64,000 bases of DNA, taken from Octopus sinensis (Eukaryota). The notes below the pieces were generated by a model, which saw only the letters and a program-made list of their open reading frames with translations, had not been told where the DNA came from and made no database searches. Positions within the stretch are counted from its first letter, which is position 1, and each line of letters starts with the position of its first letter. The stretch is taken from assembly GCF_006345805.1 (NCBI RefSeq), contig NC_042998.1:59272001-59336000 (forward strand). Reading direction: 5' to 3'. Both the position numbers and the translations under genes were made by a program. Below are positions 1 through 11,540 of the stretch, piece after piece.

Positions 1-85
1 ATGTAAGAATTACCAATTTGTTTACATTACCATGACATATGTATCAATCATTTTCGCATCCTAACCAATGCATATATCTATATTT

Positions 86-136
86 GCATTCTGAAGAGAT
101 ATACTTACTACAGTAAATCGAAACAATCGTAAATGC
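86..136 (+). ncRNA. Minimal type-I hammerhead ribozyme (PLE-type)
   Basis: GCAUU-CUGAAGA-GAU(...UUAC UACA GUAA)AUC-GAA-AC-AAUC-GU-A-AAUGC: 5-bp stem I, canonical core, stem II, 2-bp stem III, GUA cleavage triplet. Confidence 0.8.
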
Positions 137-377
137 CACCCTCATCTCTGCTTCTTACCTTTTTGTTACCTATTTAATTAAAGACATGCCAGCGTAATCC
201 ACGGGACCCCCATTGTTATTATATCCATTATTTTCTTCTCTTATATAACCTAAACTCTGGTTTACCAACCTAACCACTTGCTACCGTACAATCTTACAAA
301 AGACTGTACCTACCCAGCTAATATCCAGGAGTGACTTTGGATTTAATTATCCCTTAGAGGTATTAAACTCCTCTAAC

Positions 378-380
<3 letters not shown>

Positions 381-447
<67 letters not shown>

Positions 448-448
448 G
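381..448. repeat. Compound microsatellite (CTGT)n(CT)n(AT)n
   Basis: Direct reading; representative of dozens of (TA)n, (CA)n, (TATG)n, (ATCT)n and (AAT)n tracts across the window. Confidence 0.95.
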
Positions 449-492
449 ATCAATAAATGGTGGGGTTGTGTTGACCGCACGTGGAGAAATAA

Positions 493-1254
493 TAAGTAAC
501 GAAAAATTCTTTTAAAAATGCAGAATGCTCAAATGAAAGAAAATTTTAATAAAATGAGAAATTGATAAAATATATAAATATATATTTATTCAACCGGTTT
601 TCGTCATTGTATGAGTTGTCAAGAATATTTGTGTTTTAAAAAGTTTTTTTAAAAATTAGAAAGGGGAAAAAAAGAAGAAGAAAATTGCATTGTTTTTTGC
701 AAAAGAATAATGATAAAAATGTACAAAAATTAAAAAATAAGTACTCCGATACATTGTGAGTTCGTTGTGTATCTTGAGTTTTATGATTGTTCACGAAAAA
801 ATTACCTTGAGGTATTAAGATCCAAAGGGATTAAGAGCATGTGTTGTGTGGTTTAATTCAGCATGTTTGCAGTCCTGCAAACATGCTGAATTAAACCACA
901 CAACACATGCTCTTAATCCCTTTGGATCTTAATACCTCAAGGTAATTTTTTCGTGAACAATCATAAAACTCAAGATACACAACGAACTCACAATGTATCG
1001 GAGTACTTATTTTTTAATTTTTGTACATTTTTATCATTATTCTTTTGCAAAAAACAATGCAATTTTCTTCTTCTTTTTTTCCCCTTTCTAATTTTTAAAA
1101 AAACTTTTTAAAACACAAATATTCTTGACAACTCATACAATGACGAAAACCGGTTGAATAAATATATATTTATATATTTTATCAATTTCTCATTTTATTA
1201 AAATTTTCTTTCATTTGAGCATTCTGCATTTTTAAAAAAATGTTTCCTTACTTA
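493..1254. repeat. ~760-bp palindrome with 2-nt loop (873-874), probably an inverted PLE 3' end
   Basis: Arms are reverse complements around gcatgtttgcag-TC-ctgcaaacatgc; right arm reads CKHAELNHTTHALNPFG, resembling the PxGLN end of PLE GIY-YIG, and carries a hammerhead-like motif. Confidence 0.85.
1120..1160 (+). ncRNA. Degenerate hammerhead-like motif with UUGACAA core (mirror copy ~587-627 on minus)
   Basis: UAUUC-UUGACAA-..UCAU/AUGA..-GAAAAC-CG-GUU-GAAUA; shares caatgac..gaaaccggt with the motif at 20843-20878. Confidence 0.45.
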
Positions 1255-1888
1255 TATATATATATATATGGGGGTATATGTGCGTATGCACATAAATATT
1301 TCAATATGCATACATACAAATACACACACATACACACACACATATACAAAGTGTACCAGAACCATCTATAAATTAACTATACAGTTCATTCTGGGACACC
1401 TTTTATATATGTATATGTAAGTATATCTATGTGTTCGTGTATGAATGCGTGTGTGTGTATGTGTAATCTATCTATCGATATATCTATCTAGTTATCTGTC
1501 TCTCTCTCCATCTCTCAATACCTAATATGTATGTATGTATGTATGTATGCATGTATGTATGTATGCATGCATATATGTATACACAGGGTGTGTAAGATAT
1601 TTGAAGACAGATTTATGTTCATAAAAAATAGATATATAATATAATAGCAGATAAATTTATTTATCAAAAAATGGTTTGAGGATAAGAGTAAACCTTCTTT
1701 TCTATAATGTTATTGAACAAACCACTTTCAGTTTCAATAACTGCTTCTATATGGCATCTAAATCATCTACATGCTCTAATCATTTAGTCCTGGTTCATTT
1801 TGGACATTACTCTGACTATGGCAGCTTTCAAAGAATCGTTGGCGTTATGGTTGTGTGCATTGACCTCTCTCTCAACAACGCCCCACAT

Positions 1889-2248
1889 GTAATACTCGTA
1901 AGTCACATAGGCAAAAAGAAGAAAAAATATCAAAACTAACCAGCCTTATTTAATCTTGTTACACGTTTCGGGATTAGAATGGTGTAAAATTCATTTCCTT
2001 CTTCAGCATGATAATCTAGATTATAAATTTGAAAATGCTAACAAACTCATCCTCGCTGATCTAATGTCGGAAAATCCATGCGAGCATGGGTTTGTTAGCA
2101 TTTTCAAATTTATAATCTAGAATATCATGCTGAAGAAGGAAATGAATTTTACACCATTCTAATCCCGAAACGCGTACATGATTAACTAAGGGCTGGTTAG
2201 TTTTGTTATTTTATTTTATTTTTTGCTTATGTGAGTTACGAATATTAC
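1889..2248. repeat. Imperfect fold-back (arms ~1889-2062 / ~2081-2248), PLE terminal-repeat-like
   Basis: actaaccagcc/ggctggttagt and ctagattataaatttgaaaatgctaacaaa/tttgttagcattttcaaatttataatctag; upstream 1740-1890 weakly resembles a GIY-YIG C-terminus (..DLSLN). Confidence 0.8.
2124..2182 (+). ncRNA. Minimal type-I hammerhead ribozyme
   Basis: AUCAUG-CUGAAGA-AGGA..(AAUG/CAUU)..UCCC-GAA-AC-GC-GU-A-CAUGAU: 6-bp stem I, canonical core, palindromic ACGCGU stem III, GUA site. Confidence 0.8.
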
Positions 2249-2479
2249 GGTCTCTGGATATATATTATAGTAGAAGAATTAGTAGTTTGACTGCTATTTC
2301 TAAATTTCGGTATGTGGTGAAGTAACATTTGCTGATCTCTTAATTATGTTTATAATTATAACAAAAACTTTTTGTATAAGTTTTTACCGATAATGGTTTC
2401 TTTTCCATACTGAACTACTTGGTAAAATTAGTAATTATTAAATTAACAATTCTTTACCCTATATCTATAATAAATATAT

Positions 2480-2518
<39 letters not shown>

Positions 2519-2555
2519 ATATATATATATATATGCATGTATATGAATATATTTA

Positions 2556-2633
<78 letters not shown>

Positions 2634-2934
2634 TATACACACATACATACACATACACACACGCACACACACACACACATATATATATATATGATTAAGA
2701 GATAGAAACTCCATAAAGTAATTCAATTAAAAATGACAGATATTTTCTATACTAAAATATAAATTTCAATATAACATTATTAATATTGTACTAAACATTT
2801 CTATACTAAATACTATACATTAAAAAAAATACACATTAAAACGACATTATTATTAATATTGTGCTAAAAGTTTCTATACTAAATAAACACGTTACAAAAT
2901 GTATACATTATTATGATATATTATTATAATAATT

Positions 2935-3090
2935 ATATAACAGGAAGGTTTACGAAAATAAACAAAAGACGAAGGCAGGTGGAGTACAAACAAACAAATG
3001 TATTAGTATGGCGCTCAGGAATAGAAATAGAACAAGTATTTTACGTTTCGAGCCTACGCTCTTCAAAAGAAAGATACACAGAAAAAAAAC
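2935..3090. repeat. Interspersed repeat, second copy at ~31445-31561
   Basis: Both share tataac..aaaataaacaaa..ggcaggtgg..gtattagtatggcgctcagga..acgtttcgagccta. Confidence 0.75.
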
Positions 3091-3221
3091 AAGGAGAGAA
3101 AAAAGGAAAGAAAAAAAGGAGAGAAAAAATAATTATATATATATATATATATATATAATAATAAAAATGTACATACATCAATGTACCTACACGTTCTATA
3201 TTTAAGAAATGAGGAATTACG

Positions 3222-3477
3222 TACCTTATTTACATTTGACGGATATTTGTTCTCCTCTTCTTTCTTGTTAACACAACGTTTCGGCTGATATACCGTCCAG
3301 CCTTCATAAGGTGACTTGGGGAAATTTCGAACCTGGGTTCTCATTCCTAAGGTAGTTTTCGATGTTGTTATTATTAATATTAATATTATTACTATTATTA
3401 TTATTCAGGTTACTGCCTGCAATCGAACTCCGAATTTTGGGGTTAGTAGCCCGCGCTCTTAACCACTACGCCATATG
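3222..3477 (-). mobile_element. tRNA-headed SINE-like element with (AAT)n linker and hammerhead-containing body
   Basis: Minus strand: A box TGGCGTAGTGG, B box GAGTTCGATT, tRNA-like head 3477-3404, (AAT)n linker, then body with hammerhead at 3313-3272; body copies at 15921-16001 and 25435-25580. Confidence 0.75.
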
Positions 3478-6400
3478 GGATTAGGTAAAACACTACCCAG
3501 TGCCTATAGTTATAATCGAAGGCACTTGTAGAGGAGTGAACTATGAATATGAAATTGATCGATATGACATATGTTAACTTACCTCAGGAAGATAAATGGA
3601 TTTAGTGCCCTTGAAGATTCAGTCTAAGACCTGTTATCTAATCAACTGAATTATGTTTTGCGCGCTATTCAATAAACATTTGTAAAATGACAGACATCAT
3701 TTTCTGCTTTTAAATTGTTTTTATCAGTATCAGAATTAAGTGAATTTGTATTGTATTTCGAAACAAGGCCATTAACGTGAGTCCATTATAGTCTATTTGC
3801 GAGCAGACTGATTTATTAACTCTAAGCTCTCTGCAGTCAATCACATAAACAACAAACACTCTGTATTAAGATGAGTTTTTCAATGACATAAATTTACATC
3901 AATTTAGCAGATCTAATATATCTTAATATTTTTGTTTTAATAAATGCTTCCATATCTCTTTAGAATATATTTATTTTTAAAACATTATTGTCTAATGCTT
4001 TTTTTCATATTTTATTATATAGTTATTTTTTGATATTAGGAAAATGGAAAATTGAAATAAATATGATGAAATTAAAGATTTTATGGGCTAATTTTATATT
4101 CATGTGATAATCCGTGTTGCATGTAATTTTAATTTCACTTTATGTTTTTGTGAAAAGCCAAGTGAAATTTGAAAATAAATATTATAGACATTTAGGACTA
4201 AGGTGGAGGTTTTGAATTCTATACAGTATATCAAGTTTTGGTACTCTATTAATTTATTCAGGCTCTTAAACATGGGACACTTCAAAAAACAGCAGTACAG
4301 GGTGTTTGAACTAAATTTAACAGTTTGCATAATGGTAAAATAAAGCACAATATCCCATCCAAAAACAAAGAATATTTAAAAATCAAAAAATGTTAACGAC
4401 ATTATGGCTGAAAGATAATGGTTTACACAAAGTAACCACCCTCAGCTTCCGCCACGGCATCTGGCACAGGGATCTGTGTTCCTAGATCTTTGAACACCTC
4501 CTTCATTTCATAATTCCCATGAGATTGTTATGTCTGCTGTCCATTACATATTTAAATTACAACGTTCATATTATTAATAAATCTTTCTATGTACAGAGAA
4601 GAGTGAGATTCGAATCAACGAATGACATATTTCTTCTTAATACGTTCCGGCAGATTCGGACGCATATATTCTGATCGATGTTGTATTCGGCACAGGAGAA
4701 CAGATTCTCCATCGCGAACCATGTCAGTAGAGACGCAGACAATGAGGCAGATAGGCAGAATCATTAGATTGCCAAACAAATTCCTTGAAGTATAAATTAT
4801 TGTTCCTTTCTTTCTAAGCTCAAAATCCACCGAGGTCAAATTTACTTGCCATTCGTCAATAATAAAGTACTAGTCAAGTACTGGGGTCGATAGTATCGAC
4901 TGAATAACTCCATCACTAGATTGTAACTATGTTAGAAGCATTTGTAGTAAATGCGATAAGATTTTACTATTGACCTTTCAAAAGACTGGACCTTTCAGTT
5001 TCACATCTAGAAAATTTATGACAATATCGTTTTGTAAATTGCCCCCTGTATATTGTTCTAGCTGTGTTTAGGTTATAATGAGTAATCATAGGTCTTGCTT
5101 GAAAGAATCTATAAGAGAAAATACAACTAGAGTGAGGTGATTGACAATAATTGTGCAGGAAAGAAGCTATACAAATGTAAGGCAACTCGCCCTCAAACTA
5201 CATGCATGACCAAGATTGAAATACCTTTCATAATAATTTTTCTCATTCATCGTCTGACTTTGGCAGAACAAAAATTATTTTTTAAAATGCCTTCTTTAGT
5301 GCTACGTCTACTTGCAATAGGTATTTAGAACCGTAGACACAACAAATCATATTCGATTTTGATTTATAATTCAACTAATGATATCATCTAGAGTATGAAA
5401 TATAACGAAACCTAAAATATCCGAAACAAAAATTATAGAATCGTGACACGAAATGATTATGACTAAATAATATAAGCAATATTTAAGAAAAAAAAAGAAA
5501 ATAGCGATTTCTGCAAAATAAGAAAAAAAATGAGAATCAGTCATGTCATTATATAAACATGTATAGAACATGCACCACCAAAAGAAGCGCCCTCTCTCTC
5601 TCTCACACACACTCACATGCACACACACAGACACACGCACATATACACACACGTAACCGTGCATGTACCTATTTATCTATATATATGTGTATGTATATGT
5701 TTGTATATAAATATATGTATGCATGTATATATATATGGGTGTATACATGTGTGTATACATGTGTGTATATATGTATGTATGTATGTATGTATGGATGGAT
5801 GGATGGATGGATGGATGGATGGATGGATGGGTGGGTGGGTGGATGAATGGATGGATAGATGTATACGTGCTCATACACACGTATATAAACATACACACAA
5901 TTGCAGGCGAGCTTCAATACTGAAACAGCTTACATTTCCCAGCATATCTCAGGTGTGAAAAATCTTCCAGCTGCTGCGTAATACGTATCTAAGATATTTC
6001 TGATGAAGATATTCAAGAAAGTTGATATCGTGCGATTAGGTTCATGTGTCAGATCAGTACACAAGGGATATGATGACGAAAGTATGATAAATAAAATGCA
6101 TGGCAGAAAGCTTCATGGCCCTGTTAGATCAGATTCCTTTCTCCAGTGACCTAGATACCGTTTCCGTATCTCTAGTCCTCAATTTGATTTCACAATGTAG
6201 GGATCCATCAGCGATAGCAAGGATTCAATGTACAGAGAAGAATTCACTACAACTCAGGTTTCTTCTGTGTATGTTTTTGTATGTGTAAAAGTAAGATCCA
6301 AGGATCAAGACCTTGATCCTTGGATCTTAGGCAGTTAATGAACTTCAAGCAGTCCGTAGAAGATATAATAACAACTTGCATGAGGAATAGGGGTTTATTG

Positions 6401-6689
6401 GCGCAGGCAGAAGGTTGTGAAATTTTCACGTATCGAATTACGATATGCTGACAAAAGGTTATTTAATAGTTGGCGGTTCGGAACGGGTGTTTATTTATAT
6501 GCGAATAAATATCCAAAATTAAGGAACGGAGTGAAAATAAATCCAAGCTACATATGTTTCATAGCTAGCGGAACCTCAGAAGTTGTAATTATTCAAATGA
6601 GGGCCAGACCGCAAGCTACTCGTCATGCCAAGGATATCTTGATTACATAATGCTTACATTGTCGTTAGAAGATACCGTGTTAACTCGCA

Positions 6690-7070
6690 GGGAATCCCTT
6701 CCCTATTCACCCCTCCATTCAATATCATACAGCCCTCTACAACATAACAACCCATCTCCAATACCAGGCAAATTTCTTTGTCACACGACTATTTTTGACA
6801 AACCTCTCACCCCCACTCTATTATCACCCTCCATCTCTCATTCTTCCTTACATATCTTACTAATCTCTCTCAGACACTGAACCAGTCAACTTATTTTCCT
6901 CAAATAATAGCCATCCTAATTTTCATTCTCTATAGCTTTCATACAAATTAACACAAAGGTCGCCATTCACATACCACCTAAACCATCCTTCTCTCTTCCT
7001 CCCACCTTACACCTCTATTACTATCACTAGCCTCCTTATTAAGCCTAACACTGAAATTTGTTTTCCCCTC
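6690..7070 (+). pseudogene. Possible highly decayed PLE reverse transcriptase fragment
   Basis: PIPGKFLCHTTIFDKPLTPTLLSPSIS resembles the PLE PxPGRFYxLPKIHKPxxPxRPIVS motif; weak. Confidence 0.3.
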
Positions 7071-7074
7071 CTAA

Positions 7075-7565
7075 ATAATAATAATGAAATTATTGTATAC
7101 AGTGCTCAGGTGCACCACAACTTGTCAGACAGTGCATATAAAGCACATGCAGTAGTGTACAAATGTCTGGAAAGCGAACAATGCATGAGTCAGGTACATG
7201 CTTGTGTGTGTATGGAGGGGAGAAAATCAGGTGTAGTGTTGGCGAATCTCAGAAAGCATGGAAGTTTTGAAGGATGCAGTGCTCCGACAACTAACAACTA
7301 ATGCCGGCAGTTTGTTCCATACTTCATCAACTCTTAGCGTGAAAAAATGTTTCCTAAAGTCATGGGAGCTGTGCTGTTTTCTGACTTTGTAAATATGTCC
7401 ACGGGTGTTAGATGGGTGGAGTCCGAAAAGGTGCTCAGAGTTATTGTTTGTGCGATGGTTGATAATGTTATGGGTGTCTGACAAGTCAGCTGCCAGACGT
7501 CGGAGTTTCAATGTGTCCATGCCCAGGGAAGTAAGGCGTTACTGTCTATTTAAATACCAACAAAC
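7075..7565 (-). mobile_element. CR1/L2-type LINE 3' end fragment
   Basis: ORF 7520-7227: LKLRRLAADL...TRGHIYKVRKQHSSHDFRKHFFTLRVDEVWNKLP..VVS..STASFK, the typical CR1 ORF2 C-terminus; short (TTA)n tail. Confidence 0.8.
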
Positions 7566-8483
7566 ACATTTTTCTAATACACTTATTCCGGATAGTAAGA
7601 CTTAAGTCGTAGAAAATATAAAAATAGAAAAAGCAGACGAACGCTCAAGATGCTGTTAATCTGTTTATAACATGAAGTCCTCTACATACATTTAATTATA
7701 TTTAATGCAAACTTCTTTGCCATATTCCTCAATCTCACTTCCCTTAACCTTTACTTCCCTTTGTTAAATTTTATTTTGTTTATCAGTGTGCACAATATTG
7801 TATATAGACTTATAAGTGTGAGTATGGGTTTATTGTAGTCTGTCAATGTTTTGGGAGACGTGTGCTCCTCTATATGTGTATGAACGTCTGTTTATATTTA
7901 TAAGGCGAGATTGTTAAAATCCTGTCAAACATACTTAAGCATCTCAATGCGTCTAGCTACATGCATATGGGAGTTATAATGAGTTCACAAAACTATCATT
8001 TAGCAGGTTGTTTTTAGTTCTTTCAAAAGATTTCTTCCCATTAACTAATAATAATTTATCCAGTTTCTTTTATTTCATTTTCTTTTTCTTCTGGCTTTTC
8101 CTTCCTTTCTTTCTCCCTCCCTATCTTTCTATACTTCAGTTCCTTCTCTCAGCTTGTTCAGACAACGTCATTTTAAATCCCAAGCGTCCATTGTTCTTAT
8201 GTAAATATTTTGTGAATGAACATAATCGTTATGTGCTTAAATAAGTGTGTGTATGTGTATACAATTATGTGTTGGGGTCTATGATGTTTTTGGATACGTA
8301 TAAATCACTGTTAGTTTGTGAATATTAGTATGTGAACGTTAGCGTATATTTTAGTAAAGGTGTGATTCGAATTCGTTACCGCATTAATATGTACGATTAC
8401 ATGTGTAGAGATATATGCATGTGTGTGTGAGTATATCTCAGAATATGTATGTGTACATTTATAAATATATATATATGTATATA

Positions 8484-8543
<60 letters not shown>

Positions 8544-9004
8544 TAAATAAAACATATGCATATATATATACATATATGTACGTACCTACCTCTACGTGTA
8601 TATATACACGCATATATGAGTACAAGACACCAAAAAAACGTCGAACACAATGAGAAACGAAAACATAGACACAAACCCAAGGAACTGGACATTTTTCTTA
8701 AACAACAAAAAATAGAGTACAGGACAAATAACACAACGAAAAAACCCCTTCTTCAGTCGCCATGGTTTCATCTACTCTACGTTTCGAAGGTAAAGGCGAG
8801 ACGTATCTTCGATAAGAAACTTTCCTTCCTGCGAAAAGCAAATCAAATAAAATTTGAGATCTTTTTGCAGAGGGGTAAAAATGGTAATATATATATATAT
8901 ATAATATTAATTAGAGACAAAACCACTATTTTGCAAATCAAACAAAGAAAGACTTAATCCAATACATTAAAAAATTTAATATAAATTAAATTAAATTAAA
9001 TTCG

Positions 9005-9050
9005 CCACTACAATTGTTTCGTGTCTCTTCAAAGGACATTCATCAGGTGG
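9005..9050 (-). ncRNA. Minimal type-I hammerhead ribozyme (inverted copy)
   Basis: Exact reverse complement of 10199-10244. Confidence 0.85.
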
Positions 9051-9415
9051 ATTTCAGATCAGACTCAATATTCCATAAACAGTTATATACTAATATACAT
9101 TAATAATAAATTAATTAATACAAAGAAATACCATTTATAGCCTAACTATAATTAAAACCTAAACTACATAACTAAAGAATAATAATGGTACTCTAAACAC
9201 ATAAAATTTATATACTAGAATAACCTTTAATAGGGAGTTATTAATGTTATTAAATAATTATTATTTATCATGAAACTTATTATATAGGTAAAGTAACCTA
9301 TGTCTGCATTTTCTTTTGCGCTCTTCACCTGTATTAAGTAAATTATCATACTTATAAAATAAAATTTCCTTAAACTCATTAGAGCATAAATAACAAAAAT
9401 TCGCTCCTATAGTAT

Positions 9416-9988
9416 ATGATTTGGTTTTACAAATTATTTCCCAAGATAAATTATATTAATAAATTTAAACTGAATAATTTTTATAAAAATAAATTATTTA
9501 ATAATACTAATAATAAAGATAAGACATATATTAATTGTACTTGTAGAGATAAATCTAAATGTAAATTAAATAATAAATGCGATATTAACGATGTAGTGTA
9601 TAAATGTATAGTTACATTACATGATAATAACTTTAAGAATAATAATTACCAAAAAGCGATTTATATAGGGTCTACTTCCTATAAAATAAAATTAAGAATC
9701 GCACAACATCTGAATTCTTTTAAAAATAAAAACTTAATCAACTCCACTGGACTTAGTAAGTACGTTTGGAGACTTAAATCACAAAATATTAATTATAATT
9801 TATCTTGGGAAATAATTTGTAAAACCAAATCATATACTATAGGAGCGAATTTTTGTTATTTATGCTCTAATGAGTTTAAGGAAATTTTATTTTATAAGTA
9901 TGATAATTTACTTAATACAGGTGAAGAGCGCAAAATAAAATGCAGACATAGGTTACTTTACCTATATAATAAGTTTCATGATAAATAA
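9416..9988 (+). CDS. GIY-YIG endonuclease domain of a Penelope-like element (N-terminally truncated; first ~14 aa come from the inverted arm)
   Basis: CTCRDKSKCKLNNKC..VVYKC..YIGST..KLRIAQH..SF..TGLSKYVWRLK..CYLC..E..LLN..CRH; no internal stops. Confidence 0.85.
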   Translation: MIWFYKLFPKINYINKFKLNNFYKNKLFNNTNNKDKTYINCTCRDKSKCKLNNKCDINDVVYKCIVTLHDNNFKNNNYQKAIYIGSTSYKIKLRIAQHLNSFKNKNLINSTGLSKYVWRLKSQNINYNLSWEIICKTKSYTIGANFCYLCSNEFKEILFYKYDNLLNTGEERKIKCRHRLLYLYNKFHDK

Positions 9989-10198
9989 TAATTATTTAAT
10001 AACATTAATAACTCCCTATTAAAGGTTATTCTAGTATATAAATTTTATGTGTTTAGAGTACCATTATTATTCTTTAGTTATGTAGTTTAGGTTTTAATTA
10101 TAGTTAGGCTATAAATGGTATTTCTTTGTATTAATTAATTTATTATTAATGTATATTAATATATAACTGTTTATGGAATATTGAGTCTGATCTGAAAT

Positions 10199-10244
10199 CC
10201 ACCTGATGAATGTCCTTTGAAGAGACACGAAACAATTGTAGTGG
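10199..10244 (+). ncRNA. Minimal type-I hammerhead ribozyme
   Basis: CCAC-CUGAUGA-AUGUC-CUUUGAAGA-GACAC-GAA-AC-AAUU-GU-A-GUGG; predicted cleavage after A10240; palindromic ACAAUUGU stem III. Confidence 0.88.
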
Positions 10245-10428
10245 CGAATTTAATTTTATTTAATTTATATTAAATTTTTTAATGTATTAGATTAAGTCTT
10301 TCTTTGTTTGATTTGCAAAATAGTGGTTTTGTCTCTAATTAATATTATATAATATTTTACTATAAAATTGGATTCAATCCTAAATCTGATTTTTCCCTGT
10401 AAATTTGGATTTATTCCCTAATATTTAT

Positions 10429-10485
<57 letters not shown>

Positions 10486-10803
10486 ATGTATATTTGTGTT
10501 TCTATTTCAATTATTGAGCGTGTATATGTTTGTATACTTTTGTGTAAATATAACCTTTATTTACGTCACATGTTTGAGTGTGAACGGCTGTGTCAGTATA
10601 AATACAAATAGGGTACATTTTATAGGAGCTACTTTATCGGTTAACATGTTTAGTTTTTCTGATGAACTTGTTATCATAAACCTTCTGAAGAGATTGGTAC
10701 ACTGTTGACCATTATTTATCCTGCCGGACATTTTGGAGTGCACCCGTCGAAACAGAGGACTTAATGATATAAACGGATTGACATTATCTTGAGCATTCGT
10801 CTC

Positions 10804-10864
<61 letters not shown>

Positions 10865-11540
10865 AATACGTACATGCATACAGAGAGACAGACAGATAGA
10901 CAAATGCATACATACATATATACATACATACATACTTACTTACATACATACATACATATACATACATACATACATACATACATACATACATACATACGTA
11001 CATACATATCATACATATCAAGCCTCTAATATTCATTGTGAGTAACTTACTCGTACGAAATCCTCACGCTACCTAACATAAAATTAATATGTGATGTTTG
11101 TAATTACTTGTTAATTAATATGTAACATTTTTATTGAATTTATGTATATAGTGAACGATATACAAATGAGAAATTAATTTTATGTCATGATGTTTTAATT
11201 TAAGATATTTTCAGTTTGGATATTAATATTCATTTACTTATTCATTTAAAGAAATGCAATTTTTATAAAATGAATTCGTGCTTGAAGTAGATGTTTGCCG
11301 CAGTAAATAACGACAACTGAACCTGCATCACGTAATTTACTTTATCCACGTGCAAGATTCTTTGAACTCATATATACATATACCCACGCAGACACACACA
11401 CATAAACACTGACACACATATAATATATATATATATATCAATAAAATTAAATAAGAGTAGAAATTGATATTAATCAATTAAAAACAGTGGCCTAGCATAT
11501 TTAAAAAAAAATTTGAAGATTAAAAATGCTATGCATACAA

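Larger units (their letters stand above)
8901..10348 (+). mobile_element. 5'-truncated Penelope-like element with inverted ~555-bp arm (8901-~9455 / ~9790-10348)
   Basis: Near-identical inverted arms enclosing a GIY-YIG ORF; each arm carries a hammerhead. Confidence 0.85.

Noticed and set aside
2419-2694. Low-complexity ORFs (YIYI, HTHT, CVCV, poly-I/L/N) here and throughout the ORF track
   Set aside because: They are read-throughs of di-, tri- and tetranucleotide microsatellites with no coding signal
3039-3069. Hammerhead on minus strand (UUGAAGA-GCGUAGGCUC-GAAACGUA)
   Set aside because: Stem I is only 2 bp and stem II is out of register; suggestive but not supportable without a consensus
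3404-3477. tRNA gene
   Set aside because: Anticodon and acceptor stems are poorly paired and it is fused to repeat sequence; treated as a SINE head
8745-8825. CUGAAGA and CGAAACGUA motifs on minus strand
   Set aside because: The halves are in the wrong order or lack stem I pairing
8901-10348. DNA transposon or homing-endonuclease cassette with TIRs
   Set aside because: The arms include part of the ORF itself and PLE-type hammerheads, which fits an inverted Penelope insertion better
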